Below are positions 14,001-28,300 of a DNA stretch of 64,000 bases, one piece after another. The position numbers were made by a program, and so were the translations under genes. Every line of letters begins with the position of its first letter. The first letter of the stretch is position 1. The notes beneath the pieces are model-generated. The model was not told the origin of the DNA and ran no database searches. It worked only from the letters and a program-made list of their open reading frames with translations. The DNA comes from the human T2T-CHM13v2.0 reference genome, Homo sapiens, in assembly GCF_009914755.1 (NCBI RefSeq), contig NC_060939.1; one strand, 5' to 3'.

Positions 14001-14883
14001 GGCTTTTCCTACAGGGAACATTGGACATATATCTGCACTGATCACCCAGGTGATCTTACACTGGTCTAATCTCTGCCTAAAGGGGCATTGTGACAGATCT
14101 CTGCACTGATCACTCTGGTGACGTAAGTATTGTCTAGGCTCTGCTTCAAGGGGCCTTGTCACATATCTCTGCACTGATCACCCAGGTGATGTAACTCTTG
14201 TCTAGGCTCTGCTTCCAGGGCATATTGTGACATATCTATGCACTGATCACCTTAGTGATGTAACACTTTGGTAGGCTCGGCCTACAGGGGAATCTTGACA
14301 TATCTCTGCACTGTTAACCGAGGTGATTTAACTCTTGTCTAGGCTGTGCCCACAGGGGGATTGAGACATATTTCTGCACTGATCCCGAGGTGATACAACT
14401 CTTGCCTGGTCTCTGCCTACTGTGGACATTGTGACATATCTCTGCACTGATCTCCCAGGTGCTGAAACTTTAGTCTAGGCTCTGACTACACGGCATTGTG
14501 ACATATCACTGCACTGAACACCCAGGCGATATAACTCTTCTCTAGGATCTGACCACAGGGGGCTTTGTGACATATCCCTGCAATGATCACCCAGGTGATA
14601 TACCACTTGCCAAGGCTCTGCCTACAGGGGCATTGCAATGTATCTCTGCACTGATCACCTAGGTCTTGTAGCTATTTTCTAGGATCTGCCTACAGGGTTC
14701 TTTGTGACGTGTCCCAGCAAGGATTACCCAGGTGATGTACCTCTCATCAAGGCTCTGCCTACAGGCACATTGTGATGTATCTCTGCACTGATCACCTAGG
14801 TCATGTAACTTTTTTCTAGGCTCTACCTACGATGGCATTGTGACATATCTCTGCACTAATCATCCAAGTGATGTAACTCTTGT
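8082..14883. repeat. Alternating 27-mer/23-mer HORs, (1837+1564) x2 = 3,401-bp doublet
   Basis: Spacings are 1837, 1564, 1837, 1564. The m14/m15 fusion occurs at ~8990 and ~12390, and the m11/m16 fusion at ~10650 and ~14050. Confidence 0.92.
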
Positions 14884-17800
14884 CTAGGATGTGCCTAAAT
14901 TAACTTTTTGACATAACCCTGTACTGATCATCCAGGTGATGGAGATTTTGTCTAGGCTCTGCCTAAGGGGGCATTGTGACATATTTCTGCATTGATCACC
15001 CAGGTGGCGAACTCTTCTCTCGGATCTGCCTATGGGGACATTGTGAGAAATCTCTGCACTGATCACCCAGGTGATGTAACTGTTGTGTAACCTCTGCCTA
15101 CAGGGGAATTGTGAGAGATCTCGTCACTCATTACCCAAGTGATGTAACCATTGCCTAGGCTTTGCGTACAGGGGGCTTTGTGACATACCTTTGCACTGAT
15201 CACCCAGGTGATGTAACACATCTAAGTTCGGCCTAAAGGAGCTTTGTGACATATCTCTGCACTGATCACTTAGGTGATGTAACACTTTTATAATCACTGC
15301 CTACAGGGAATTTTGACAAATCTCTGCACTGATCACCTAGGTGATGTAACTCTTGTCTACCCTCTGTCCAATGGGGCATTGTGAAATATCTCTGCACTGA
15401 TCACCCAGGTGATTCAACTCTTGACTAGGAACTGCCTACAGAGGTTATTGTGAAATATCTCTGCACTGATCAACAAGGTGGTGTAAACCTTGTCCAAGTG
15501 CTGCCTACAGGGGCGTTTCCATATATCCCTGAACTGATGACAAAGGTGATGTAACTCTTTCCTAGGCTATGCCTACAGGGTACATTGGACATATATCTGC
15601 ACTGATCACCCAGGTGATGCAAATCTTGCCTAGGGTTTGCCTTCAGGGGACATCGTGACATATCTCTTCAATGATCACTCATGTGATGCATCTCTTGCCT
15701 ATGCTTTGCCTACAGGGGACATTGTGACATATCTCACCACTGATCTCCCAGGTGCTGTAACTTTAGTCTAGGCTCTGGCTACACGGCATTGTGACATATC
15801 ACTGCACTGATCAACCAGGTGATATAACTCTTGTATAGGCTCTGCCTACAGGGGGATTGTGACCTACCTCTACACTGATCACCCAGGTGATACAACTCTT
15901 CTCTAGTATCTGCCTACAAGTACTTTGTGACATATCCCTGCACTGATCACCCAGGTGATCTAACTCTGGTCTAAGCTCTTCCTAAAGGGGCATTGTGACA
16001 GATCTCTGCACTGATCACTCTGGAGATGTAAGGATTGTCTAGGCTCTGCTTCAAGGGGCCTTGTCACATATCTCTGCACTGATCACCCAGGTGATGTAAC
16101 TCTTGTTTAGGCTCTGCTTCGAGGGCATATTGTGACATATCTATGCACTGATCACCTTAGTGATGTAACACTTTGGTAGGCTCGGTCTACAGGGGAATCT
16201 TGACATATCTCTGCACTGTTAACCGAGGTGATTTAACTCTTGTCTAGGCTGTGCCCACAGGGGGATTGAGACATATCTCTGCAGTAATCCCGAGGTGATA
16301 CAACTCTTGCCTGGTCTCCGCCTACTGTGGACATTGTGACATAACTCTGCACTGATCTCCCAGGTGCTGTAACTTTAGTCTAGGCTCTGGCTACACGGCA
16401 TTGTGACATATCACTGCACTGATCACCCAGGCGATATAACTCTTCTCTAGGATCTGACCACAGGGTGCTTTTTGACATATCCCTGCAATGATCACCCAGG
16501 TGATATACCACTTGCCAAGGCTCTGCCTACAGGGGCATTACAATGTATCTCTGCACTGATCACCTAGGTCTTGTAGCTATTTTCTAGGATCTGCCTACAG
16601 GGTGCTTTGTGACGTGTCCCAGCAAGGATTACCCAGGTGATGTACCTCTCATCAAGTCCCTGCCTACAGGCACATTGTGATGTATCTCTGCACTGATCAC
16701 CTCGGTCATGTAAATTTTTTCTAGGCTCTACCAACGACGGCATTCTGACATATCTCTGCACTAATCATCCAAGTGATGTAACTCTTGTCTAGGATGTGCC
16801 TAAATTAACTTTTTGACATAACCCTGTACTGATCATCCAGGTGTTGGAGCTTTTGTCTGGGCTCTGCCTAAGGGGGCATTGTGACATATTTCTGCATTGA
16901 TCACCCAGGTGGCGAACTCTACTCTCGGATCTGCCTATGGGGGCATTTTGAGAAATCTCTGCACTGATCACCAAGGTGATGTAACTGTTGTGTAACCTCT
17001 GTCTACAGGGGAATTGTGAGAGATCTCGCCACTGATTACCCAAGTGATGTAATCGTTGTCTAGGCTTTGCGTACAGGGGGCTTTGTGACATACCTTTGCA
17101 CTGATCACCCAGGTGATGTAACACATCTAAGTTCGGCCTAAAGGAGCTTTGTGACATATCTCTGCACTGATCGCTTAGGTGATGTAACACTTTTATAATC
17201 ACTGGCTACAGGGAATTTTGACAAACCTCTGCACTGGTCACCTAGGTGATGTAACTCTTGTCTACCCTCTGTCCAACGGGGCATTGTGAAATATCTCTGC
17301 ACTGATCACCCAGGTGATTCAACTCTAGACTAGGGACTGCCTACAGAGGTTATTGTGAAATATCTCTGCACTGATAAACTAGGTGGTGTAACCCTTGTCC
17401 AAGCTCTGCCTACAGGGGCGTTTCCACATATCCCTGAACTGATGACAGAGGTGATGTAACTCTTGCCTAGGCTTTGCCTACAGGGAACATTGGACATATA
17501 TCTGCACTGATTACCCAGGTGATGCAACTCTTTCCTAGGCTTTGCCTACAGGGGACATTGTGACATATCTCTTCAATGATCACTCATGTGATGCATCTCT
17601 TGCCTAGGCTTTGCCTACAGGGGACATTGTGACATATCTCTGCACTGATGTCCCAGGTTCCGTAACTTTAGTCTAAGCTCTGGCTACACGGCATTGTGAC
17701 ATATCACTGCACTGATCAACCAGGTGATATAACTCTTGCATAGGCTCTGCCTACAGGGGGATTGTGACCTACCTCTGCACTGATCACCCAGGTGATATAA

Positions 17801-20800
17801 CTCTTCTCTAGGATCTTCCTACAGGGTACTTTGTGACATATCCCTGCACTGGTCACCCAGGTGATTTATCTCTGGTCTAAGCTCTGCCTAAAGGGGCCTT
17901 GTCACATATCTCTGCACTGATCACCCAGGTGATGTAACTCTTGTCTAGGCTCTGCTTCCTGGGCATATTGTGACATATCTATGCACTGATCACCTTAGTG
18001 ATGTAACACTTTGGTAGGCTAGGCCTACAGGGGAATCTTGACATATCTCTGCACTGTTAACCGAGGTGATTTAACTCTTGTCTAGGCTGCGCCCACAGGG
18101 GGATTGAGACATATCTCTGCACTGATCCCGAGGTGATACAACTCTTGCCTGGTCTCTGCCTACTGTGGACATTGTGACATATCTCTGCACTGATCTCCCA
18201 GGTGCTGTAACTTTAGTCTAGGCTCTGGCTACACGGCATTGTGACATATCACTGCACTGATCACCCAGGCGATATAACTCTTCTCTAGGATCTGACCACA
18301 GGGTGCTTTGTGACATATCCCTGCAATGATCACCCAGGTGATATACCACTTGCCAAGGCTCTGCCTACAGGGGCATTGCAATGTATCTCTGCACTGATCA
18401 CCTAGGTCTTGTAGCTATTTTCTAGGATCTGCCTACAGGGTGCTTTGTGAGGTGTCCCAGCAAGGATTACCCAGGTGATGTACCTCTCATCAAGGCTCTG
18501 CCTACAGGCACATTGTGATGTATCTCTGCACTGATCACCTAGGACATGTAACTTTTTTCTAGGCTCTACCTACGATGGCATTGTGACATATCTCTGCACT
18601 AATCATCCAAGTGATGTAACTCTTGTCTAGGATGTGCCTAAATTAACTTTTTGACATAACCCTGTACTGATCATCCAGGTGATGGAGCTTTTGTCTAGGC
18701 TCTGCCTAAGGGGGCATTGTGACATATTTCTGCATTGATCCCCCAGGTGTCGAACTCTTCTCTCATATCTGCCTATGGGGGCATTGTGAGAAATCTCTGT
18801 ACTGATCACCCAGGTGATGTAACTGTTGTGTAACCTCTGCCTACAGGGGAATTGTGAGAGATCTCGCAACTGATTACCCAAGTGATGTAACCGTTGTCTA
18901 GGCTTTGCGTACAGGGGACTTTGTGACATACCTTTGCACTGATCACCCAGGTGATGTAACACATCTAAGTTCGGCCTAAAGGAGCTTTGTGACATATCTC
19001 TGCACTGATCACTTAGGTGATGTAACACTTTTATAATCACTGCCTACAGGGAATTTTGACAAATCTCTGCACTGATCACCTAGGTGATGTAACTCTTGTC
19101 TACCCTCTGTCCAACGGGGCATTGTGAAATATCTCTGCACTGATCACCCAGGTTATTCATCTTTTCACTAGGAACTGCCTACAGAGGTTATTGTGAAATA
19201 TCTCTGCACTGATAAACTAGGTGGTGTAACCCTTCTCCAAGCTCTGCCTACAGGGACGTTTCCACATATCCCTGAACTGATGACAGAGGTGATGTAACTC
19301 TTGCCTAGGCTTTGCCTACAGGGAACATTGTGACATATCTCTTCAATTATCACTCATGTGATGCATCTCTTGCCTATGCTTTGCCTACAGGGGACATTGT
19401 GACATATCTCTTCACTGATCTCCAAGGTGCTGTAACTTTATTCTAGGCTCTGGCTACACGGCATTGTGACATATCACTGCACTGATCAACCAGGTGATAT
19501 AACCCTTGTATAGGCTCTGCCTACAGGAGGATTGTGACCTACCTCTGCACTGATCACCCAGGTGATATAACTCTTCTCTAGGATCTGCCTACAGGGTACT
19601 TTGTGACATATCCCTGCACTGATCACCCAGGTGATCTAACTCTGGTCTAAGCTCTGCCTAAAGGGGCATTGTGACAGATCTCTGCACTGATCACTCTGGT
19701 GATGTAAGTATTGTCTAGGCTCTGCTTCAAGGGGCCTTGTCACATATCTCTGCACTGATCACCCAGGTGTTTTAACTCTTGTCTAGGCTCTGCTTCCAGA
19801 GCATATTGTGACATATCTATGCCCTGATCACCTTAGTGATGTAACGCTTTGGTAGGCTCGGCCTACAGGGGAATCTTGACATATCTCTGCACTGTTAACC
19901 GAGGTGACTTAACTCTTGTCTAGGCTGTGCCCACAGGGGTATTGAGACATATCTCTGCACTGATCCCGAGGTGATACAACTCTTGCCTGGTCTCTGCCTA
20001 CTGTGGACATTGTGACATATCTCTGCAATGATCTCCCAGGTGCTGTAACTTTAGTCTAGGCTCTGAATTCACGGCATTGTGACTTATCACTGCACTGATC
20101 ACCCAGGCGATATAACTCTTCTCTAGGATCTGACCACAGGGTGCTTTGTGACATATCCCTGCAATGATCACCCAGGTGATATACCACTTGCCAAGGCTCT
20201 GCCTACAGGGGCATTGCAATGTATCTCTGCACTGATCACCTAGGTCTTGTAGCTATTTTCTAGGATCTGCCTACAGGGTTCTTTGTGACGTGTCCCAGCA
20301 AGGATTACCCAGGTGACGTACCTCTCATCAAGACTCTGCCTACAGGCACATTGTGATGTATCTCTGCACTGATCACCTAGGTCATGTAACTTTTTTCTAG
20401 GCTCTACCTACGATGGCATTGTGACATATCTCTGCACTAATCATCCAAGTGATGTAACTCTTGTCTAGGATGTGCCTAAATTAACTTTTTGACATAACCC
20501 TGTACTGATCATCCAGGTGATGGAGCTTTTGTCTAGGCTCTGCCTAAGGGGGCATTGTGACATATTTCTGCATTGATCACCCAGGTGGCGAACTCTTCTC
20601 TCGGATCTGCCTATGGGGGCATTGTGAGAAATATCTGCACTGATCACCCAGGTGATGTAACAGTTGTGTAACCTCTGCCTACAGGGGAATTGTGAGAGAT
20701 CTCGTCACTGATTACCCAAGTGATGTAACCGTTGTCTAGGCTTTGTGTACAAGGGGCTTTGTGACATACATTTGCACTGATCACCCAGGTGATGTAATTC

Positions 20801-22369
20801 ATCTAAGTTCGGCCTAAAGGAGCTTTGTGACATATCTCTGCACTGATCATTTAGGTGATGTAACACTTTTATAATCACTGCCTACAAGGAATTTTGACAA
20901 ATCTCTGCACTGATCACCTAGGTGATGTAACTCTTGTCTACCCTCTGTCCAACGGGGCATTGTGAAATATCTCTGCACTGATCACCCAGGTGATTCAACT
21001 CTTGACTAGGAACTGCCTACAGAGGTTATTGTGAAATATCTCTGCACTGATAAACTAGGTGGTGTAACCCTTGTCCAAGCTCTGCCTTCAGGGGCGTTTC
21101 CACATATCCCTGAACTGATGACAAAAGTCATGTAACTCTTGCCTAGGCTTTGCCTACAGGGAACATTGGACATATATCTGCACTGATCACCCAGGTGTTG
21201 CAACTCTTGCCTTGGCTTTGCCTACAGGGGACATCGTGACATATCTCTTCAATGATCTCTCATGTGATGCATCTCTTGCCTAGGCTTTGCCTACAGGGGA
21301 CATTGTGACATATCTCTGCACTGATCTCCCAGGTGCTGTAACTTTAGTCTAAGCTCTGGCTACAAGGCATTGTGACATATCACTGCACTGATCAACCAGG
21401 TGATATAACTCTTGCATAGGCTCTGCCTACAGGGGGATTGTGACCTACCTCTGCACTGATCACCCAGGTGATATAACTCTTCTCTAGGATCTTCCTACAG
21501 GGTACTTTGTGACATATCCCTGCACTGATCACCCAGGTGATTTATCTCTGGTCTAAGCTCTGCCTAAAGGGGCCTTGTCACATATCTCTGCACTAATCAC
21601 TCTGGTGATGTAAGTATTTTCTAGGCTCTGCTTCAAGGGGCCTTGTCACATACCTCTGCACTGATCACCCAGGTGATGTAACTCTTGTCTAGGCTCTGCT
21701 TCCAGGGCATATTGTGACATATCTATGCACTGATCACCTTAGTGATGTAACACTTTGGTAGGCTCGGCCTACAGGGGAATCTTGACATATCTCTGCACTG
21801 TTAACAGAGGTGACTTAACTCTTGTCTAGGCTGTGCCCACAGGGGGATTGAGACATATCTCTGCACTGATCCCGAGGTGATACAACTCTTGTCTGGTCTC
21901 TGCCTTCTGTGGACATTGTGACATATCTCTGCAATGATCTCCCAGGTGCTGTAACTTTAGTCTAGGCTCTGGCTACACGGCATTGTGACATATCACTGCA
22001 ATGATCACCCAGGCGATATAACTCTTCTCTAGGATCTGACCACAGGGTGCTTTGTGATATATCCCTGCAATGATAACCCAGGTGATATACCACTTGCCAA
22101 GGCTCTGCCTACAGGGGCATTGCAATGTATCTCTGCACTGATCACCTAGGTCTTGTAGCTATTTTCTAGGATCTGCCTACAGGGTTCTTTGTGACGTGTC
22201 CCAGCAAGGATTACCCAGGTGACGTACCTCTCATCAAGACTCTGCCTACAGGCACATTGTGATGTATCTCTGCACTGATCACCCAGGTCATGTAACTTTT
22301 TCTAGGCTCTACCTATGATGGCATTGTGACATATCTCTGCACTAATCATCCAAGTGATGTAACCCTTGT
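14884..22369. repeat. Four more-divergent HORs (28, 27, 27, 28 monomers)
   Basis: Spacings are 1905, 1838, 1838, 1905, with an m17/m18 fusion at ~17895, an m11/m12 fusion at ~19328 and many private substitutions. Confidence 0.88.
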
Positions 22370-25300
22370 CTAGGATGTGCCTAAATTAACTTTTTGACAT
22401 AACCCTGTACTGATCATCCAGGTGATGGAGCTTTTGTCTAGGCTCTGCCTAAGGGGGCATTGTGACATATTTCTGCATTGATCACCCAGGTGGCAAACTC
22501 TTCTCTCGGATCTGCCTATGGGGGCATTGTGAGAAATCTCTGCACTGATAACCCAGGTGATGTAACTGTTGTGTAACCTCTGCCTACAGGGGAATTGTGA
22601 GAGATCTCGTCACTGATTACCCAAGTGATGTAACCGATGTCTAGGCATTGCATACAGGGGGCTTTGTGACATACATTTGCACTGATCACCCAGGTGATGT
22701 AACACATCTAAGTTCGGCCTAAAGGAGCTTTGTGACATATCTCTGCACTGATCACTTAGGTGATGTAACACTTTTATAATCACTGCCTACAGGGAATTTT
22801 GACAAATCTCTGCACTGATCACCTAGGTGATGTCACTCTTGTCTACCCTCTGTGCAACGGGGCCTTGTGAAATATCTCTGCACTGATCACCCAGGTGATT
22901 CAACTCTTGACTAGGAACTGCCTACAGAGTTTATTGTGAAATATCTCTGCACTGATAAACTAGGTGGTGTAAACCTTGTCCAAGCTCTGCCTACAGGGGC
23001 GTTTCCACATATCCCTGAACTGATGACAAAGGTGATGTAACTCTTGCCTAGGCTTTGCCTACAGGGAACATTTGACATATATCTGCACTGATCACCCAGG
23101 TGATGCAACTCTTGCCTAGGCTTTGCCTACAGGGGACATTGTGACATATCTCTTCAATGATCACTCATGTGATGCATCTCTTGCCTAGGCTTTGCCTACA
23201 GGTGACATTGTGACATATCTCTGCACTGATCTCCCAGGTGCTGTAACTTTAGTCTAGGCTCTGGCTACACGGCATTGTGACATATCACTGCACTGATCAA
23301 CCAGGTGATATAACTCTTGTATAGGCTCTGCCTACAGGGGGATTGTGACCTACCACTGCACTGATCACCCAGGTGATATAACTCTTCTCTAGGATCTGCC
23401 TACAGGGTACTTTGTGACATATCCCTGCACTGATCACCCAGGTGATCTAACTCTGGTCTAAGCTCTGCCTAAAGGGGCATTGTGACAGATCTCTGCACTG
23501 ATCACTCTGGTGATGTAAGTATTGTCTAGGCTCTGCTTCAAGGGGCCTTGTCATATACCTCTGCACTGATCACCCAGGTGATGTAACTCTTGTCTAGGCT
23601 CTGCTTCCAGGGCATATTGTGACATATCTAGGCACTGATCACCTTAGTGATGTAACACTTTGGTAGGCTCGGCCTACAGGGGAATCTTGACATATCTCTG
23701 CACTGTTAACCGAGGTGATTTAACTTTTGTCTAGGCTGTGCCCACAGGGGGATTGAGACATATCTCTGCACTGATCCCGTGGTGATAAAACTCTTGCCTG
23801 GTCTCTGCCTACTGTGGACATTGAGACATATCTCTGCACTGATCTCCCAGGTGCTGTAACTTTAGTCTAGGCTGTGGCTACACGGCATTGTGACATATCA
23901 CTGCACTGATCACCCAGGCGATACAGCTCTTCTCTAGGATCTGACCACAGGGTGCTTTGTGACATCTCCCTACAATGATCACCCAGGTGATATACCACTT
24001 GCCAAGGCTCTGCCTACAGGGCATTGCAATGTATCTCTGCACTGATCACCTAGGTCTTGTAGCTATTTTCTAGGATCTGCCTACAGGGTGCTTTGTGACG
24101 TGTCCCAGCAAGGATTACCCAGGTGATGTACCTCTCATCAAGGCTCTGCCTACAGGCACATTGTGATGTATCTCTGCACTGATCACCTAGGTCATGTAAC
24201 TTTTTCCTAGGCTCTACCTACGATGGCATTGTGACATATCTCTGCACTAATCATCCAAGTGATGTAACTCTTGTCTAGGATGTGCCTAAATTAACTTTTT
24301 GACATAACCCTGTACTGATCATCCAGGTGATGGAGCTTTTGTCTAGGCTCTGCCTAAGGGGGCATTGTGACATATTTCTGCATTGATCACCCAGGTGGCG
24401 AACTCTTCTCTCGGGTCTGCCTATGGGGGCATTGTGAGAAATCTCTGCACTGATAACCCAGGTGATGTAACTGTTGTGTAACCTCTGCCTACAGGGGAAT
24501 TGTGAGAGATCTCGTCACTGATTATCCAAGTGATGTAACCGTTGTCTAGGCTTTGCAAACAGGGGGCTTTGTGACATATATTTGCACTGATCACCCAGGT
24601 GATGTAACACATCTAAGTTCGGCCTAAAGGAGCTTTGTGACATGTCTCTGCACTGATCACTTAGGTGATGTAACACTTTTATAATCACTGCCTACAGGGA
24701 ATTTTGACAAATCTCTGCACTGATCACCTAGGTGATGTCACTCTTGTCTACCCTCTGTGCAACGGGGCCTTGTGAAATATCTCTGCACTGATCACCCAGG
24801 TGATTCAACTCTTGACTAGGAACTGACTACAGAGGTTATTGTGAAATATCTCTGCACTTATAAACTAGGTGGTGTAAAACTTGTCCAAGCTCTGCCTACA
24901 GGGGCGTTTCCACATATCCCTGAACTGATGACAAAGGTGATGTAACTCTTGCCTAGGCTTTGCCTACAGGGAACATTGGACATATATCTGCACTGATCAC
25001 CCAGGTGATGCAACTCTTGCCTAGGCTTTGCCTACAGGGGACATTGTGACATATCTCTTCAATGATCACTCCTGTGATGCATCTCTTGCCTAGGCTTTGC
25101 CTACAGGTGACATTGTGACATATCTCTGCACTGATCTCCCAGGTGCTGTAACTTTAGTCTAGGCTCTGGCTACACGGCATTGTGACATATCACTGCACTG
25201 ATCAACCAGGTGATATAACTCTTGTATAGGCTCTGCCTACAGGGGGATTGTGACCTACCACTGCACTGATCACCCAGGTGATATAACTCTTCTCTAGGAT

Positions 25301-28300
25301 CTGCCTACAGGGTACTTTGTGACATATCCCTGCACTGATCACCCAGGTGATCTAACTCTGGTCTAAGCTCTGCCTAAAGGGGCATTGTGACAGATCTCTG
25401 CACTGATCACTCTGGTGATGTAAGTATTGTCTAGGCTCTGCTTCAAGGGGCCTTGTCATATACCTCTGCACTGATCACCCAGGTGATGTAACTCTTGTCT
25501 AGGCTCTGCTTCCAGGGCATATTGTGACATATCTATGCACTGATCACCTTAGTGATGTAACACTTTGGTAGGCTCGGCCTACAGGGGAATCTTGACATAT
25601 CTCTGCACTGTTAACCGAGGTGATTTAACTCTTGTCTAGGCTGTGCCCACAGGGGGATTGAGACATATCTCTGCACTGATCCCGAGGTGACACAACTCTT
25701 GCCTGGTCTCTGCCTACTGTGGACATTGAGACATATCTCTGCACTGATCTCCCAGGTGCTGTAACTTTAGTCTAGGCTCTGGCTACACGGCATTGTGACA
25801 TATCACTGCACTGATCACCCAGGCGATACAACTCTTCTCTAGGATCTGACCACAGGGTGCTTTGTGACATCTCCCTACAATGATCACCCAGGTGATCTAC
25901 CACTTGCCAAGGCTCTGCCTACAGGGGCATTGCAATGTATCTCTGCACTGATCACCTAGGTCTTGTAGCTATTTTCTAGGATCTGCCTACAGGGTGCTTT
26001 GTGACGTGTCCCAGCAACGATTACCCAGGTGATGTACCTCTCATCAAGGCTCTGCCTACAGGCACATTGTGATGTATCTCTGCACTGATCACCTAGGTCA
26101 TGTAACTTTTTCCCAGGCTCTACCTACGATGGCATTGTGACATATCTCTGCACTAATCATCCAAGTGATGTAACTCTTGTCTAGGATGTGCCTAAATTAA
26201 CTTTTTGACATAACCCTGTACTGATCATCCAGGTGATGGAGCTTTTGTCTAGGCTCTGCCTAAGGGGGCATTGTGACATATTTCTGCATTGATCACCCAG
26301 GTGGCGAACTCTTCTCTCGGATCTGCCTATGGGGGCATTGTGAGAAATCTCTGCACTGATCACCCAGGTGATGTAACTGTTGTGTAACCTCTGCCTACAG
26401 GGGAATTGTGAGAGATCTCGGCAATGATTACCCAAGGGATGTAACCGATGTCTAGGCTTTGCATACAGGGGGCTTTGTGACATACCTTTGCACTGATCAC
26501 CCAGGTGATGTAACACATCTAAGTTCGGCCTAAAGGAGCTTTGTGACATATCTCTGCACTGATCACTTAGGTGATGTAACACTTTTATAATCACTGCCTA
26601 CAGGGAATTTTGACAAATCTCTGCACTGATCACCTAGGTGATGTAACACTTGTCTACCCTCTGTCCAACGGGGCATTGTGAAATATCTCTGCACTGATCA
26701 CCCAGGTGATTCAACTCTTGACTAGGAACTGCCTACAGAGGTTATTGTGAAATATCTCTGCACTGATAAACTAGGTGGTGTAAACCTTGTCCAAACTCTG
26801 CCTACAGGGGCGTTTCCACATATCCCTGAAGTGATGACAAAGGTGATGTAACTCTTGCCTAGGCTTTGCCTACAGGGAACATTGGACATATATCTGCACT
26901 GATCACCCAGGTGATGCAACTCTTGCCTTGGCTTTGCCTACAGGGGACATCGTGACATATCTCTTCAATGATCTCTCATGTGATGCATCTCTTGCCTAGG
27001 CTTTGCCTACAGGGGACATTGTGACATATCTCTGCACTGATCTCCCAGGTGCTGTAACTTTAGTCTAGGCTCTGGCTACACGGCATTGTGACATATCACT
27101 GCACTGATCAACCAGGTGATATAACTCTTGTATAGGCTCTGCCTACAGGGGGATTGTGACCTACCTCTGCATTGATCACCCAGGTGATATAACTCTTCTC
27201 TAGGATCTGCTTACAGGGTACTTTGTGACATATCCCTGCACTGATCACCCAGGTGATCTAACTCTGGTCTAAGCTCTGCCTAAACGGGCATTGTGACAGA
27301 TCTCTGCACTGATAACTCTGGTGATGTAAGTATTTTCTAGGCTCTGCTTCAAGGGGCCTTGTCACATATCTCTGCACTGATCACCCAGGTGATGTAACTC
27401 TTGTCTAGGCTCTGCTTCCAGGGCATATTGTGACATATCTATGCACTGATCACCTTAGTGATGTAACACTTTGGTAGGCTCGGCCTACAGGGGAATCTTG
27501 ACATATCTCTGCACTGTTAACCGAGGTGATTTAACTCTTGTCTAGGCTGTGCCCACAGGGGGATTGAGACATATCTCTACACTGATCCCCAGGTGATACA
27601 ACTCTTGCCTGGTCTCTGCCTACTGTGGACATTGTGACATATCTCTGCACTGATCTCCCAGGTGCTGTAACTTTAGTCTAGGCTCTGGCTATACGGCATT
27701 GTGACATATCACTGCACTGATCACCCAGGAGATATAACTCTTCTCTAGGATCTGACCACAGGGTGCTTTGTGACATATCCCTGCAATGATCACCCAGGTG
27801 ATATATCACTTGCCAAGGCTCTGCCTACAGGGGCATTGCAATGTATCTCTGCACTGATCACCTAGGTCTTGTAGCTATTTTCTAGGATCTGTCTACAGGG
27901 TGCTTTGTGACGTGTCCCAGCAAGGATTACCCAGGTGATGTACCTCTCATCAAGGCTCTGCCTACAGGCACATTGTGATGTATCTCTGCACTGATCACCT
28001 AGGTCATGTAACTTTTTCCCAGGCTCTACCTACGATGGCATTGTGACATATCTCTGCACTAATCATCCAAGTGATGTAACTCTTGTCTAGGATGTGCCTA
28101 AATTAACTTTTTGACATAACCCTGTACTGATCATCCAGGTGATGGAGCTTTTGTCTAGGCTCTGCCTAAGGGGGCATTGTGACATATTTCTGCATTGATC
28201 ACCCAGGTGGCGAACTCTTCTCTCGGATCTGCCTATGGGGGCATTGTGAGAAATCTCTGCACTGATCACCCAGGTGATGTAACTGTTGTGTAACCTCTGC

